Source: an uncultured delta proteobacterium
Lineage (GTDB): Bacteria > Desulfobacterota > Binatia > JACPRU01
NCBI GenBank assembly: GCA_963745025.1
Contig: CAVUWD010000006.1
Coordinates: forward strand, 512,001-576,000
DNA length: 64,000 nt
Reading direction: 5' to 3'
The position numbers and the translations under genes are program-made. This document shows, in pieces, positions 50,492 to 60,664 of the stretch (its first letter is position 1; each line of letters starts with the position of its first letter). Below the pieces are notes generated by a model that saw only the letters and a list, made by a program, of their open reading frames with translations, ran no database searches and was not told the origin of the DNA.

Positions 50492-53400
50492 CTCGCGGCC
50501 TCCGCCCCTCGCCCCGCAGTCACGATCGCCGAGAGCTCTTCGACGAGCGCGCGCGAGGGACGATCGTGGAACACGCCATAACCGCGAGGATGATCCGGCG
50601 ACATACCGCGCACGAACAAGTAGTACACGCCGCCGAAGTGCGTCTCGTAGTCGTAGCCGGGAACGCAATTGCGAAGATGGCGATGAACCGCCACGGCGTA
50701 GAGGTGGTACTGAAGGAAGAAGTGGTGTTGCGCCATGGCGTGGATCAGGCGTGAGGGGCGGTAGTCGTCGGGCGCGGAGCCGAGAAAGCTCGACTTGTAG
50801 TCGACGACGTACCAGCGCCCTCGGTGCTCGAAGACGAGGTCGACGAAGCCGCGCAGGAAGCCCGCGAGCGGTTGGAAGCGCAGGCGCGCGACCCGTTCCG
50901 GGTAGTCCGCCGCGGCGCCTTGCCACCGCGCGCGGAGCGTTGCCGCGAGCGTCTGCGGGGTCAGCGCTCGCGAAGCGTCCGCCACGGGAAACACGAACTC
51001 CATCTCGTTGATTCTTTGCCGCAGCGAGAGATCGCCGAGCAGGAGATCTCCCGCCGCGCCGCCGAGCGGGGTCGACACGACGTCCCGGACCGACCGGCAG
51101 AGCTTGTCGGCCCATTCGACCCCGAGTCCGTACGACCGAAGCCTGCGCTCCACCTCCGCGCGGAAGCCGCCGTCGTCGGTCCGCGTGAAATCGAGGTGCT
51201 CGAAGACTTCGTGGATGAGATCGCCGACGCGCGCCCCGCGCGGAAAATCATCGAGAACGATTCGGCGAGCGGCGGCTCGCCGCTGCGCGGCTTCCTCGGC
51301 GAGCGGCTCGTCGGCGATCTCGTCGTGATCGATGCCTTCGCTGGCAGGCTCGCTCACGCTGTCGCCGCCCGCGGCGAGCGCCGTGAAGCTCGACAGGCGC
51401 CACGTCGTGGCAAGCGGTGGACGCCGCGTCGCTCGCGGCGCGAGGGCGCCGATCGCCGCCGGCCGCACCCGGTACGGAGGACCCGCGGAGGTCGGCAAGT
51501 CGGCCACCTCGATGGCGCCGCCTGCCTCCCGCACGAGCCGCTCGAGGTCGTCGCGGATCGTTTCCAACGAAGCCGTGCGCTCGCCGACCGCGGCGACGAC
51601 TTGGGCGAGGCTCGCGGAGTCCGCCAGATCGGCCGGCCGATGGAGCAGGTATCCCAGCGCGGACGACCCGCCGCCGGCAAATGCGCCCCAGACGATCGTG
51701 CAGCGATGCCTGGCGCGCGTGACCGCGACGTAGAGGAGCCTCAGGTTCTCGGCCAATTCCTCGAGATCGGCGTGCTCCTTGTGGTCGTTCCAGTGCTCCG
51801 AGCCGAGGTCGAGCTCCGCCCTCCACCCGCGCTCCGGGGCGTGGAAGCGGACGGGTTCGCCGGGCTTTTTGTCGAAGAGATTTCCCCAGAGAAACGGGCA
51901 GTACACGACCGGGTACTCGAGGCCCTTCGCCTGGTGGATCGTCGTGATCTTGACGCGCTTGGCGTCACTCTCCAGACGAATCTGCTCCGCCTCGGCCGCC
52001 AGGTCGCCGCGAGACAAAGCGTCGCGACGCATTCGGTGCAGCCACTCGATGAGCGCCAGCGGTCCGCGATGGGACTCCGCGGCCGCATTCTGCAGCAGCT
52101 CCGCCACGTGAAGCACGTTGGTCAACCGGCGCTCGCCGTCGAGATGCTCGAGCAGCCTCGCCTGCACGCCGAGACCGTCGAGCATGCGGCGAAACGCCGG
52201 AACGAAGCCATCCGTGGCCCAGCGCTCGCGGAGCTCCGCGAACTGCCGCATGCGCTCGTCCCACGCCTGCTCGTCGCGCTGGAGCGCGGCCAGATCCACG
52301 GCGTCGAGCCCGATCATCGCCGTGGCGAGGGCGGCGCGCAGCGCCGACGCGTCGCCAGGATCCGCCATCGCCAGCAGCACCCGCTCGATCTCGCCTGCCT
52401 CCGCCGTGTCGAAGACGCTCGAGTCGCCCTGCAGCACGCTGGGAACGTAGAGCTTCTGGAGCTCGGCCTGAATGAAGCGTGCCTGCTTGTTGCTGCGGCA
52501 GAGAACCGCGAGGTCTCCGGCCTCGAGGTCACGATCGCCGATCCTCCCGCCCGACTGCAGGAGGCGCGAGATCTCGGCCGCCACAAGGGCCGGCAAGAGC
52601 TCTTCGCCCCGCGCCCTGCCGATCTTCTCCTCCGGCCACAGCAGGATCTGAAACGGCGCCTTGCCCTCGAGGGCGCCTCCGAGAGGCTCGCGGGCCTCGG
52701 CAGCCGGCCTCACCGGCTCGAAGTCGATGCGATCGAGAAGAAACGGCCGGCGGGGACCGCGGAAGAGCGCGTTCACGGCGTCGATCAGCCTCGCGTCGGA
52801 CCGATAGTTGGTGTCGAGGGTGTGCCGGCGGTCACCGGCATCGTCGCGCGCAGCCATGTAGGTGTACACGTCGGCGCCGCGGAAGGAGTAGATCGCCTGC
52901 TTCGGGTCGCCGATCAGGAAAAGCGGCTGGTCACGCCCGCCGTAGATCCGGCGGAAGATCTCGTACTGAACGGGGTCCGTGTCCTGAAACTCGTCGATGA
53001 GAGCGGCATGGAAACGATTCGCGATCGCTTCGCGCAGTTGCTGTCCTCCGCCTCCGGCGAGCGCGTCGGCGAGGCGGTGGAGGAGGTCGTCGAACGACTG
53101 CCGGTTCGCGTCTTCCTTGCGCCTGCGGAGCTCGCTCCGCGCGTACTCGACGAAGTCGCGGCGGAGCCACAGAGCATGGCGCTCGAGCACGCGCTCGAGC
53201 GCGCGGTCTTCCCCGAGCAGACGATCGCACGCGGCGAAGAACTCGTGCGTCGGCGGCGGCGAGCGCTTCGCCCCCTTGCGGACTTCCGCCGTCGTGAACT
53301 TCCCGAACCGCCGGAACTTGTCGCAAAGCCCAGGCATGCCTGCGAGGAGATGCGCGTCCATCGCTTGCGCCCATGCCCTCACCCAATCGGGGCGGTAATA

Positions 53401-54144
53401 GGTGCCGCTCATCCGCTGCCGATCGCTCAATGTCGCAACGATCTCCTCTCGCCGGGCGTTCCAGACCTCCGCTGCCCGGCCGAGAGCCGCGCGCCATGCC
53501 GCGTATGCGGCGTCGACGTCGGGCCGCTCGACGGTTTCGGGGAGGATCGTCAGGCGCGGATTCGATCCGGCCGCGCGCGCCAAGCGGTCCAGCGCGAGTT
53601 GCCGGACCCCGTGCCGCGCGGCGGCGCGCACAACCGGCTCCGGGGCCTCGACGAGGCGGAGGGCGAGAAAGTCGCGAACCACCTCGTCGCGCAGCACGAC
53701 CGGTTCGCCGGCGAGCTCGGCGTCGAATGGGGCGCGGCTCTCGAACGCGTTCTCCTGCAGCATCCTTTGGCAGAAGCCATGGATCGTGAAGATCGCCGCC
53801 TCGTCGAAGTCCTGAAGCGCGCGGACGAGCCGCACGCAGTCGCGGCCAAGCGAGCCTGCGGCATTCCTCGCTTCGAGCAGCGCCGCGAGGATTGCATCGC
53901 GACCGGCGTTTTGCTGGCGGAAGGCGGCGAGCGCCTCGCGAACGCGCTCGCGGATGCGGTCGCGGAGCTCGGCCGTCGCCGCGTTGGTGTAGGTGACGAC
54001 CAGGATCTGGCGCACGTCGAGCGGGATCTCGAGAAGGCATCGCAGATAGAGCGTGGTGATCGTGTGGGTCTTGCCGGTGCCCGCGCTCGCCTCGATGAGC
54101 GTCGTCGAAGCGAGCGGCACGGTGACCGGATCCAGCACGTTCAC
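50488..54144 (-). CDS. recB: exodeoxyribonuclease V beta subunit
   Basis: IEASAGTGKT, TIHGFCQR, IDEFQDTD, GDPKQAIYSFRGAD, TIH.AKGLEY, YVAVTRA, nuclease GFVDLVF..VDYKS. Confidence 0.96.
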   Translation of the reverse strand: MNVLDPVTVPLASTTLIEASAGTGKTHTITTLYLRCLLEIPLDVRQILVVTYTNAATAELRDRIRERVREALAAFRQQNAGRDAILAALLEARNAAGSLGRDCVRLVRALQDFDEAAIFTIHGFCQRMLQENAFESRAPFDAELAGEPVVLRDEVVRDFLALRLVEAPEPVVRAAARHGVRQLALDRLARAAGSNPRLTILPETVERPDVDAAYAAWRAALGRAAEVWNARREEIVATLSDRQRMSGTYYRPDWVRAWAQAMDAHLLAGMPGLCDKFRRFGKFTTAEVRKGAKRSPPPTHEFFAACDRLLGEDRALERVLERHALWLRRDFVEYARSELRRRKEDANRQSFDDLLHRLADALAGGGGQQLREAIANRFHAALIDEFQDTDPVQYEIFRRIYGGRDQPLFLIGDPKQAIYSFRGADVYTYMAARDDAGDRRHTLDTNYRSDARLIDAVNALFRGPRRPFLLDRIDFEPVRPAAEAREPLGGALEGKAPFQILLWPEEKIGRARGEELLPALVAAEISRLLQSGGRIGDRDLEAGDLAVLCRSNKQARFIQAELQKLYVPSVLQGDSSVFDTAEAGEIERVLLAMADPGDASALRAALATAMIGLDAVDLAALQRDEQAWDERMRQFAELRERWATDGFVPAFRRMLDGLGVQARLLEHLDGERRLTNVLHVAELLQNAAAESHRGPLALIEWLHRMRRDALSRGDLAAEAEQIRLESDAKRVKITTIHQAKGLEYPVVYCPFLWGNLFDKKPGEPVRFHAPERGWRAELDLGSEHWNDHKEHADLEELAENLRLLYVAVTRARHRCTIVWGAFAGGGSSALGYLLHRPADLADSASLAQVVAAVGERTASLETIRDDLERLVREAGGAIEVADLPTSAGPPYRVRPAAIGALAPRATRRPPLATTWRLSSFTALAAGGDSVSEPASEGIDHDEIADEPLAEEAAQRRAAARRIVLDDFPRGARVGDLIHEVFEHLDFTRTDDGGFRAEVERRLRSYGLGVEWADKLCRSVRDVVSTPLGGAAGDLLLGDLSLRQRINEMEFVFPVADASRALTPQTLAATLRARWQGAAADYPERVARLRFQPLAGFLRGFVDLVFEHRGRWYVVDYKSSFLGSAPDDYRPSRLIHAMAQHHFFLQYHLYAVAVHRHLRNCVPGYDYETHFGGVYYLFVRGMSPDHPRGYGVFHDRPSRALVEELSAIVTAGRGAEAAR

Positions 54145-57100
54145 GCGGATTCCCCGGCGCGGCGGTCGACGAGCGGCCCGCAAATGGCGAGTGCCAGATC
54201 GCGAAACGAGGGAGGCTCGTGCGCGGCGCCGTCGAAGAGGCGGAAGTCCGGCCGCAGCGGATCGCGGCCCCCGAACGCGAGAGCCACGTACGGATCGTCT
54301 CGCTCGGGGTGCGAGTTGCGGCTGCCGAGAAACTTCTGACGTGCCTCGGAGAGCGCTTTGGCTTCGTCTCCGTCTTTGCGAAGCACCTCCACGAAGCGAA
54401 GCGACGCCACGGGAAAAAACGGCAGTGGCAGCGTCGAGCCGAGCCGATGGAATTCGAGTAGGCTCCCCAGCAGCGCGCGAGCCTCGTCCGTTCCGACGGC
54501 GCCGAAGCGGATCACCTCGGCCCCGTCGTTCGCCGAGCGGGCGACGAGAACGGTCGTCCGGGAAATGCCCGCAGGGGGTTCGAGACACAGAGCGAGGTGG
54601 CGGATCCACGACCCGAGCTCGTGCTTCGCGGCCCGCTTCGAGTATTGCCATCGCGCCTGACCGCTCCGCCAGAGATCGTGGATCACACCCGTGAGTCGCA
54701 CGTCGCCGAACGTCTGGTCGATCGACAGCGCCTCCAGGCGCTCGCCGTCGACCCCGCGTCTCGCCGCGTCGGCCACCATCTCCGCCGCGTGTGAGAGCTG
54801 TTCGTAGAGGCACCGCCCCGGCGTTCCCTGCGGAAGCTTGCCGCCGGCCGACACCGAAACAAAGGCCGCCGCGAGATCCTCGCCCGCCATCCTGCGGCGA
54901 AGCAGCTCTTGACCGATTGCCCATTCCGCGAGCTCATCGAGCTCGAGGGGATCACGTGCGTCGACCACGCCCTCATCGCGAATCGTGAGGCCGAGCCGCC
55001 GCTGCAGAAAGCCCCGGGATGGATTCTCGAAGAACCGAACGAGCTCGTCGATCGTGACGAGAGCGGAGGACTCGGGGTCGGGCGGGAGCGGCTCGCGTAC
55101 GAACAAACGACCCACCCGGCGCTCCCCGACGAGCGTCTCCGCGCTTGAAACGTAGATCGTCGCGTAGCTGAACAGACGCTCGTCCGGATGCGGATCGGCG
55201 CCGAAGTAGCGGGGGCTGAAGGGCTGGAGCGGATGCCGCACGACGATGCGCTCGCGCACACTTCCGCCCTTGCGGTTCGTTGCCGGCGCGAGCTGGAACG
55301 ACTCGTCGAGCGCGTCGAGGAGATCGCTCACCACGACCGAAGGCGGGAGCTCGCTGTTGTCGCGGATGCTTTGGCCGACGTAGCTGACGAGGAAATGCTC
55401 GCGCGCCGAGAGCAGCGCCTCGAGGAAGAGGTAGCGGTCGTCGTCGCGTTGCGAGCGATCCCCGCGCCGCGGCCGAGCCGCGATCCGATCGAATCCGGGC
55501 GCACGGCGGATGCGCGGAAAGGACCCGTCGTTCATGCCGAGAAGGCAGACGACCCGGAACGGAATCGAGCGCATGGGCACGAGCGCGCAAAACGTCACGC
55601 CCTGCGAAAGGAAGCCGCTCGAGTGGACGTTGTCGCGAAACCCGAGATCGAGCTCCGAGACGAAGGTGTCGAGCGGCAGGGCCTCGTCAAACCCCCCTTG
55701 GCTCGCGCGCTCGGCGAGCTCCGCCAGAGCGGTCCGGATCATCTGATGCTGACGACGGTTGAGCCTCGTCTCCGCCACCATGCGCTCGAGAAGACGCGCG
55801 AGATCGCCGCTCCAACGGATCGGCGGCCGCGGTGCGTGGAGCTCCCGCCGAAAGCGAAAGAGCTCATCACAGAAGTCGAGGAATCGGCCGAGCAGATCCG
55901 GAGCGTCGCCTTCGACACCGTCGAACGGCAGAACCCCGCTCCAGCACGTGCGCCCCTGCCCTTCGATCGCGTGACCGAGCAGCAGCCGATCGAGGCCGAA
56001 CCGCCAGGTATTGGCGACCGCCGCCAGGTGCCCGGCTTCGCGCCGATGCTCCGCGTCCGCTCCCCAGCGAATCCCCGTTTCGCCGACCCATTGGCGCAAC
56101 ACGTCGAGATCCTCGGCCTCGATGCCGAAGCGCAGGCGCACGGCGTCGATCATCAGCAGGTCGAGCACCTCGGTTGCCGTCATTCGGCCTCGCAACGCTT
56201 CGATCAGGCGAGAGAAGGCGTCGATCACCTCGTCGATGGTTCGCCGGCTCCGGTCGGCGATGTGATACGGAATCACTCGCCGGCCCGGCTGCGCGCCCGG
56301 AACGCGGCCAAACACGGCGTCGACGTAGGGGGCATAGGCGTCGATCACCGGGCTCATCACGACGATGTCGCGAGGCTCGAGCGTCGAATCCTTTTCGAAC
56401 AGGTCGCACAGCTGGTCGTGCAGGACTTCGACTTCGCGCATCGGCCCGTGGCAGGCGGCGACCGCGATCGATCCGTCGGCATCGGCAAGCTCGATCGCCG
56501 GCGATTCCGCGTCTCCCGCGGAGCGGCGGCGGAGATTCAGGATGTCGGATTGCAGCGTGCGAAGCATCGTCGCCCGCCCGGGCTCTTCGTAGGCTCCGTC
56601 ATCGTCGATGTAATCGGCCGCCTCTTCGAGGATCCACTGGAATTCGCGCCCCAGGCGGCCGAGCGAGGCGAGCAGGGGGTTTCCCTCGCGAAGGTGCAGC
56701 GCCTCCACCCCCTCCCCTTCCGGATCGTCGCGGTTGGCGAGCTCGCGGATGATCTCTCGCTTCGAGCGGATGTCCGCCCAATATTCTCGCGACGGAGAGA
56801 GCAGAAAGAGATGGACTTCGATCGTGCGCGAGAGTGCGACGAGCACCTGCAGGTAGAGTGGCGGCAGCGTCGAGACCCCGAAGACGCTCACGCGCACGGG
56901 AAGGCTCGCGAGGGGCTCGCTTCGCTCCGCCAGAGCGTGGAGCAGCACGTCGATCCGCGCCGCCATGTGCGTGCTGCCGTGCCGCCCGACCAGCGCCCGC
57001 CACAGATGCGCTTGCCAATCGCTTCCCCGTCCGCGCTCCCACCCGAGGACCAGCTCGGGACGGAAGACGACATACTGGTCGAACGTCGCCGCGATGCGAA

Positions 57101-57488
57101 CCGCCAGCTGGAGTCGGCGCTTTGCGCCCGCGTCCTCCTGGAGGTACCTCGCGATCGGCGCGAACTCGGGCCGCTCTCGAAATTCCGGCAGAAGGGCGGC
57201 GATCGACCAGACGAGCGCTTCGGGCTCGAAGGAGGCGCTTCGCGGATCGTCCTCGCCGAGTAGCGCCCGTGTCACTCGCGCGACGAACCGGCGCGGAAAC
57301 GGAAAGTCGGGAACCGCCCAGATGCCGAACCGCTCGGCGAGGCGCATCGACAGCCAGCGCTCCATGCCGCGTCCCTGAACGACGATGCATTCGGGGTCGG
57401 TCGGGCCTCCGTGCCGTCGCGAGACCACGCCGCCGAGCGTATCGACGAGCTTCTCCATCCGGTTACTGCGATGAACGTAGAGCGACAT
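54141..57488 (-). CDS. recC: exodeoxyribonuclease V gamma subunit
   Basis: HRSNRME, NPLLASLG..GREF, CHGPMREVEVL.D, PMRSIPF, DRYLFLEALLSAR, HPLQPFS. Confidence 0.95.
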   Translation of the reverse strand: MSLYVHRSNRMEKLVDTLGGVVSRRHGGPTDPECIVVQGRGMERWLSMRLAERFGIWAVPDFPFPRRFVARVTRALLGEDDPRSASFEPEALVWSIAALLPEFRERPEFAPIARYLQEDAGAKRRLQLAVRIAATFDQYVVFRPELVLGWERGRGSDWQAHLWRALVGRHGSTHMAARIDVLLHALAERSEPLASLPVRVSVFGVSTLPPLYLQVLVALSRTIEVHLFLLSPSREYWADIRSKREIIRELANRDDPEGEGVEALHLREGNPLLASLGRLGREFQWILEEAADYIDDDGAYEEPGRATMLRTLQSDILNLRRRSAGDAESPAIELADADGSIAVAACHGPMREVEVLHDQLCDLFEKDSTLEPRDIVVMSPVIDAYAPYVDAVFGRVPGAQPGRRVIPYHIADRSRRTIDEVIDAFSRLIEALRGRMTATEVLDLLMIDAVRLRFGIEAEDLDVLRQWVGETGIRWGADAEHRREAGHLAAVANTWRFGLDRLLLGHAIEGQGRTCWSGVLPFDGVEGDAPDLLGRFLDFCDELFRFRRELHAPRPPIRWSGDLARLLERMVAETRLNRRQHQMIRTALAELAERASQGGFDEALPLDTFVSELDLGFRDNVHSSGFLSQGVTFCALVPMRSIPFRVVCLLGMNDGSFPRIRRAPGFDRIAARPRRGDRSQRDDDRYLFLEALLSAREHFLVSYVGQSIRDNSELPPSVVVSDLLDALDESFQLAPATNRKGGSVRERIVVRHPLQPFSPRYFGADPHPDERLFSYATIYVSSAETLVGERRVGRLFVREPLPPDPESSALVTIDELVRFFENPSRGFLQRRLGLTIRDEGVVDARDPLELDELAEWAIGQELLRRRMAGEDLAAAFVSVSAGGKLPQGTPGRCLYEQLSHAAEMVADAARRGVDGERLEALSIDQTFGDVRLTGVIHDLWRSGQARWQYSKRAAKHELGSWIRHLALCLEPPAGISRTTVLVARSANDGAEVIRFGAVGTDEARALLGSLLEFHRLGSTLPLPFFPVASLRFVEVLRKDGDEAKALSEARQKFLGSRNSHPERDDPYVALAFGGRDPLRPDFRLFDGAAHEPPSFRDLALAICGPLVDRRAGESA

Positions 57489-57746
57489 GCCAGCTTCGAC
57501 TCGCGCCTGCGCGGGCACGTGAATCATAGGCCGGGGCAGCCGACAACGCTTGTCCATCGCGCGAGCTCACAGGCGAGGTGGCCGGTCTCGGCGGTCGCAT
57601 CTTCCGCGGAACACCGCCCGCCTGGAGTGGGTCGGCAGGCGGCCCGGGGCAGAGGACCTTTGATAATACGAGAACGCCGGGGCATACAGGTCCTCTGCGC
57701 GAGCGAGCGCACAGAGCAAGTAAGACAAGCAAGAAGGGAGATCATC

Positions 57747-58163
57747 ATGCCGAAGGTTGCCGGATCATGCCTTTGCGGTAGCGTTCGCTACCAAGGCGAG
57801 GCGGAACCCCTCATGACCGGGGTGTGCCATTGCGACAACTGCCAGCGACAGACCGGCACCGCCTTTTCCATAGTCGTCGGTGTTCCCGCGGGTTCCCTGC
57901 GCTTCGAGGGAGAGGAGAATCTCGGCACCTACCGGGATCGGGGCATCAGCGGCAAGGCCGTGAATCGGCGCTTCTGTCGAAACTGCGGATCGCCGATCGT
58001 GTCCTTGGCCGAGATCATGCCGGACGTCCATTTCATCAAGGCCGGGACGCTCCACGACCGATCGTGGCTCAAGCCGACCGCCCACTTTTGGTGCGACACG
58101 GCGCAGCCGTGGGTCGAGATCGGCGGAGACGTCGCCAAGTTCCCGAAGAACCCCGAGGGCTGA
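57747..58163 (+). CDS. GFA (CENP-V) family protein
   Basis: GSCLCGSVRY, CHCDNCQR.TG, FCRNCGS. Confidence 0.92.
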   Translation: MPKVAGSCLCGSVRYQGEAEPLMTGVCHCDNCQRQTGTAFSIVVGVPAGSLRFEGEENLGTYRDRGISGKAVNRRFCRNCGSPIVSLAEIMPDVHFIKAGTLHDRSWLKPTAHFWCDTAQPWVEIGGDVAKFPKNPEG

Positions 58164-58316
58164 GCGAGGGCCCGGGCGATCGCGCCCGCTCTGCGCGGGC
58201 TCGCCTGACTTCTGGTCGGTCGATTCGACCGTCAGGGCGCCGAGCGCGGGCGCGGACGGACCTGGATCGAAACCTCACTAGGCCGGCGCTCGTCCCCATC
58301 CTCGCTCCGGCGTGGT

Positions 58317-59306
58317 ATGAAGTACCTCGCGATGGAAGGGCTCATCAACTGCGTCGCGTACGCCGGCGACGGCCGGCGGCTCGGCGAGGTCGACATCGAT
58401 GACATCAGCGAGATCCTCAAGTTTCCGGGTCAGTTCATCTGGATCGGACTCTACGAGCCCGACGAGGAGCTGCTGCGCGAGGTGCAGCAGGAGTTCAACC
58501 TCCACGACCTGGCCATCGAGGACGCGCACGCCGCGCACCAGCGACCGAAGCTCGAGGAGTACGGCGACTCGCTCTTCGTGGTGCTGCGCACCGCCCAGCG
58601 TGTAGAGGGCGAGATCCGCTTCGGTGAGACCCACATCTTCGTCGGTCCCCGCTACATCGTCTCGGTCCGGCACGGCGCCTCGCTCACCTACAAGGACGTC
58701 CGCAGGCGCTGCGAGTCGTCGCCGCACATCCTGAAGCACGGGCCGGGCTTCGTCCTCTATGCGATCATGGACTTCGTCGTCGACAACTACTTTCCGCTGG
58801 TCAAGGACCTCGAGGAGGAGATCGAGACGCTCGAGGAGGCGCTCTTCGCGGCCGACTCGCATAAGGATGTCACGCGCCGCATCTACGAGCTCAAGTCGCA
58901 GCTCCTCCAGCTCAAGCGTGCGATCTCGCCGCTGATGGACGTCTGCAACCGGCTGGTGCGCTTCGATCTCACGCTGATCCAGCCCGAGGCGCGCCTCTAT
59001 TTCCGGGACGTCTACGACCACGTGATCCGCATCAACGAGACCGTCGATACCGCGCGCGAGCTCATGATCGGCGCTCTCGAGACCAACCTCGCGCTCGCCT
59101 CGGTGCGCCAGAACGAAGTCATGAAGAAGCTCGCCGGCTGGGCGGCGATCCTCGCCGTGCCGACCATGGTCGCGGGCATCTACGGCATGAACTTCGAGTT
59201 CATGCCGGAGCTGCACTCGCGCTGGGGCTACCCGGCGGCGCTCGGCGGAATGTTCACCACCTGCGGCATCCTCTATTGGAACTTCAAGCGCCTCGGCTGG
59301 TTCTGA
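58317..59306 (+). CDS. corA: magnesium/cobalt transporter CorA
   Basis: LHDLAIED..HQRPKLE, YFRDVYDH, PT..AGIYGMNF..MPEL. Confidence 0.93.
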   Translation: MKYLAMEGLINCVAYAGDGRRLGEVDIDDISEILKFPGQFIWIGLYEPDEELLREVQQEFNLHDLAIEDAHAAHQRPKLEEYGDSLFVVLRTAQRVEGEIRFGETHIFVGPRYIVSVRHGASLTYKDVRRRCESSPHILKHGPGFVLYAIMDFVVDNYFPLVKDLEEEIETLEEALFAADSHKDVTRRIYELKSQLLQLKRAISPLMDVCNRLVRFDLTLIQPEARLYFRDVYDHVIRINETVDTARELMIGALETNLALASVRQNEVMKKLAGWAAILAVPTMVAGIYGMNFEFMPELHSRWGYPAALGGMFTTCGILYWNFKRLGWF

Positions 59307-59366
59307 GGATTTGCCGTGGGGTCGGGGGCTGGTACCCACTGAGCCGCATCGGCAAGCCCGAAACTT

Positions 59367-60659
59367 CTACTTGCCTTGCTTCAAGAGCCCCTGCAGGGTG
59401 AACTGTGCCGGGCGGATCTGCGGGCTGTTGACGTAGGCGACGCTGCCTGGTCCGGCGACCGTCGTCGCGGTGGCCCGGTCGTTCTTGTCGTCGACGAACA
59501 GGCTCATCGCGACCACGGGATAGCAGCGTTCGCTCTTCGCGGCGCACGACATGCCCAGATCGACGAGCACGGTCTTCCAATACTCGCCCGCGGGCGTGTC
59601 GATGACCTTGACGTAGGCCTGGAACGTGTCGCGGTCGACGTAGAAGAGCTGACGCCCGTAGCTATAGTAGCGGTCTCGCGGATGCCCCTCGACGATCCAC
59701 ACTGGGCGTTTCACCCAGTACACGTTGGTCGGCGCCCAGGGCGCGCCGTCCCACCCCGCGACTTCGTATCCCCAGCGAATGCCCTGATAGTCGTCGCCGG
59801 TGACCCACTCGGTGCCGTTCTCCCAGCTTCGCCCGGCGTGCAACGGCTGGGGGTCGAGCGACATCGCGGGAACCAGAATCTCCTTCGAGCCGACGAGCTT
59901 CCAAGTGAAGGATTGGTTCTTTCCGGCCCACACGAGCCCGTCGTCGAGAGTCACGTCGGAGCCTGCGAGAGCGTCGGAGCGGTTGGCGGAGGTCGCCTGG
60001 CGCACGCGCCGGGCGAGCGGTACGTAGACCCAGAGCGAGTCCCAACGCGCGTCGCCGTAGCGCCAGGTGAGCGTGGCGATCCCCTCGACGTAGCTCGGCG
60101 CCGTCTGCAGCACGATCTCGCGATACTCGGTCTGCTCGGGGTTGCGAAGCGGCTTCCCCTCGCGGCCCGCGTACGCGACGGTGGTCGTCACCGCCTCGAC
60201 GTTGCGCACTAGCCCGCCGCGTCCGAGGATGTGGATGTGCGATGGCACGCGCACCTGCGTGCGCTTGTAGACCGTGTACCACCGGTTCCACATGACCTTC
60301 ACGCCGGCATCGGGATCGCCCGGGTCGATCGCCGGAAAGGGTAGCCCGAAGACGAAGTCGGGACGGACTCGCGAGCGCGCATCGACGATGTTCAACTCCT
60401 CGTCGACCGTGTAGCGCCCCTGGTTGGCCGCGGACGCCGCCATGAAATCGTCGTCCCAACGGGGGGAGTAACGGAGCTCGCCGAGCCGCAGGCTCAAGTC
60501 GCCGCGCTCCACCCAGCGGCGGATGGAGGGAAGCAGCAGATCGCCGACGTCGGCGAGGTCGGCGGCGCGTATCTCACGGGCCGGTGGAGGGGGCGGCGGC
60601 TCGGCTCGGGTGTCACGCACCGCGACCCAGAGCGAGATGGCGACGATGATCCGTACCAT
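59367..60659 (-). CDS. DUF1329-family exported protein
   Basis: GLPFP.ID..DP.AG.K..WN, W.Y.P..RRVR, P.D.YY.YG...Y.D. Confidence 0.75.
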   Translation of the reverse strand: MVRIIVAISLWVAVRDTRAEPPPPPPAREIRAADLADVGDLLLPSIRRWVERGDLSLRLGELRYSPRWDDDFMAASAANQGRYTVDEELNIVDARSRVRPDFVFGLPFPAIDPGDPDAGVKVMWNRWYTVYKRTQVRVPSHIHILGRGGLVRNVEAVTTTVAYAGREGKPLRNPEQTEYREIVLQTAPSYVEGIATLTWRYGDARWDSLWVYVPLARRVRQATSANRSDALAGSDVTLDDGLVWAGKNQSFTWKLVGSKEILVPAMSLDPQPLHAGRSWENGTEWVTGDDYQGIRWGYEVAGWDGAPWAPTNVYWVKRPVWIVEGHPRDRYYSYGRQLFYVDRDTFQAYVKVIDTPAGEYWKTVLVDLGMSCAAKSERCYPVVAMSLFVDDKNDRATATTVAGPGSVAYVNSPQIRPAQFTLQGLLKQGK

Positions 60660-60664
60660 TCCCC

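Noticed and set aside
50824-57263. Very long plus-strand ORFs (1171 aa, 691 aa; also 48107-50059)
   Set aside because: Antisense shadows of recB, recC and recD typical of high-GC codon usage.
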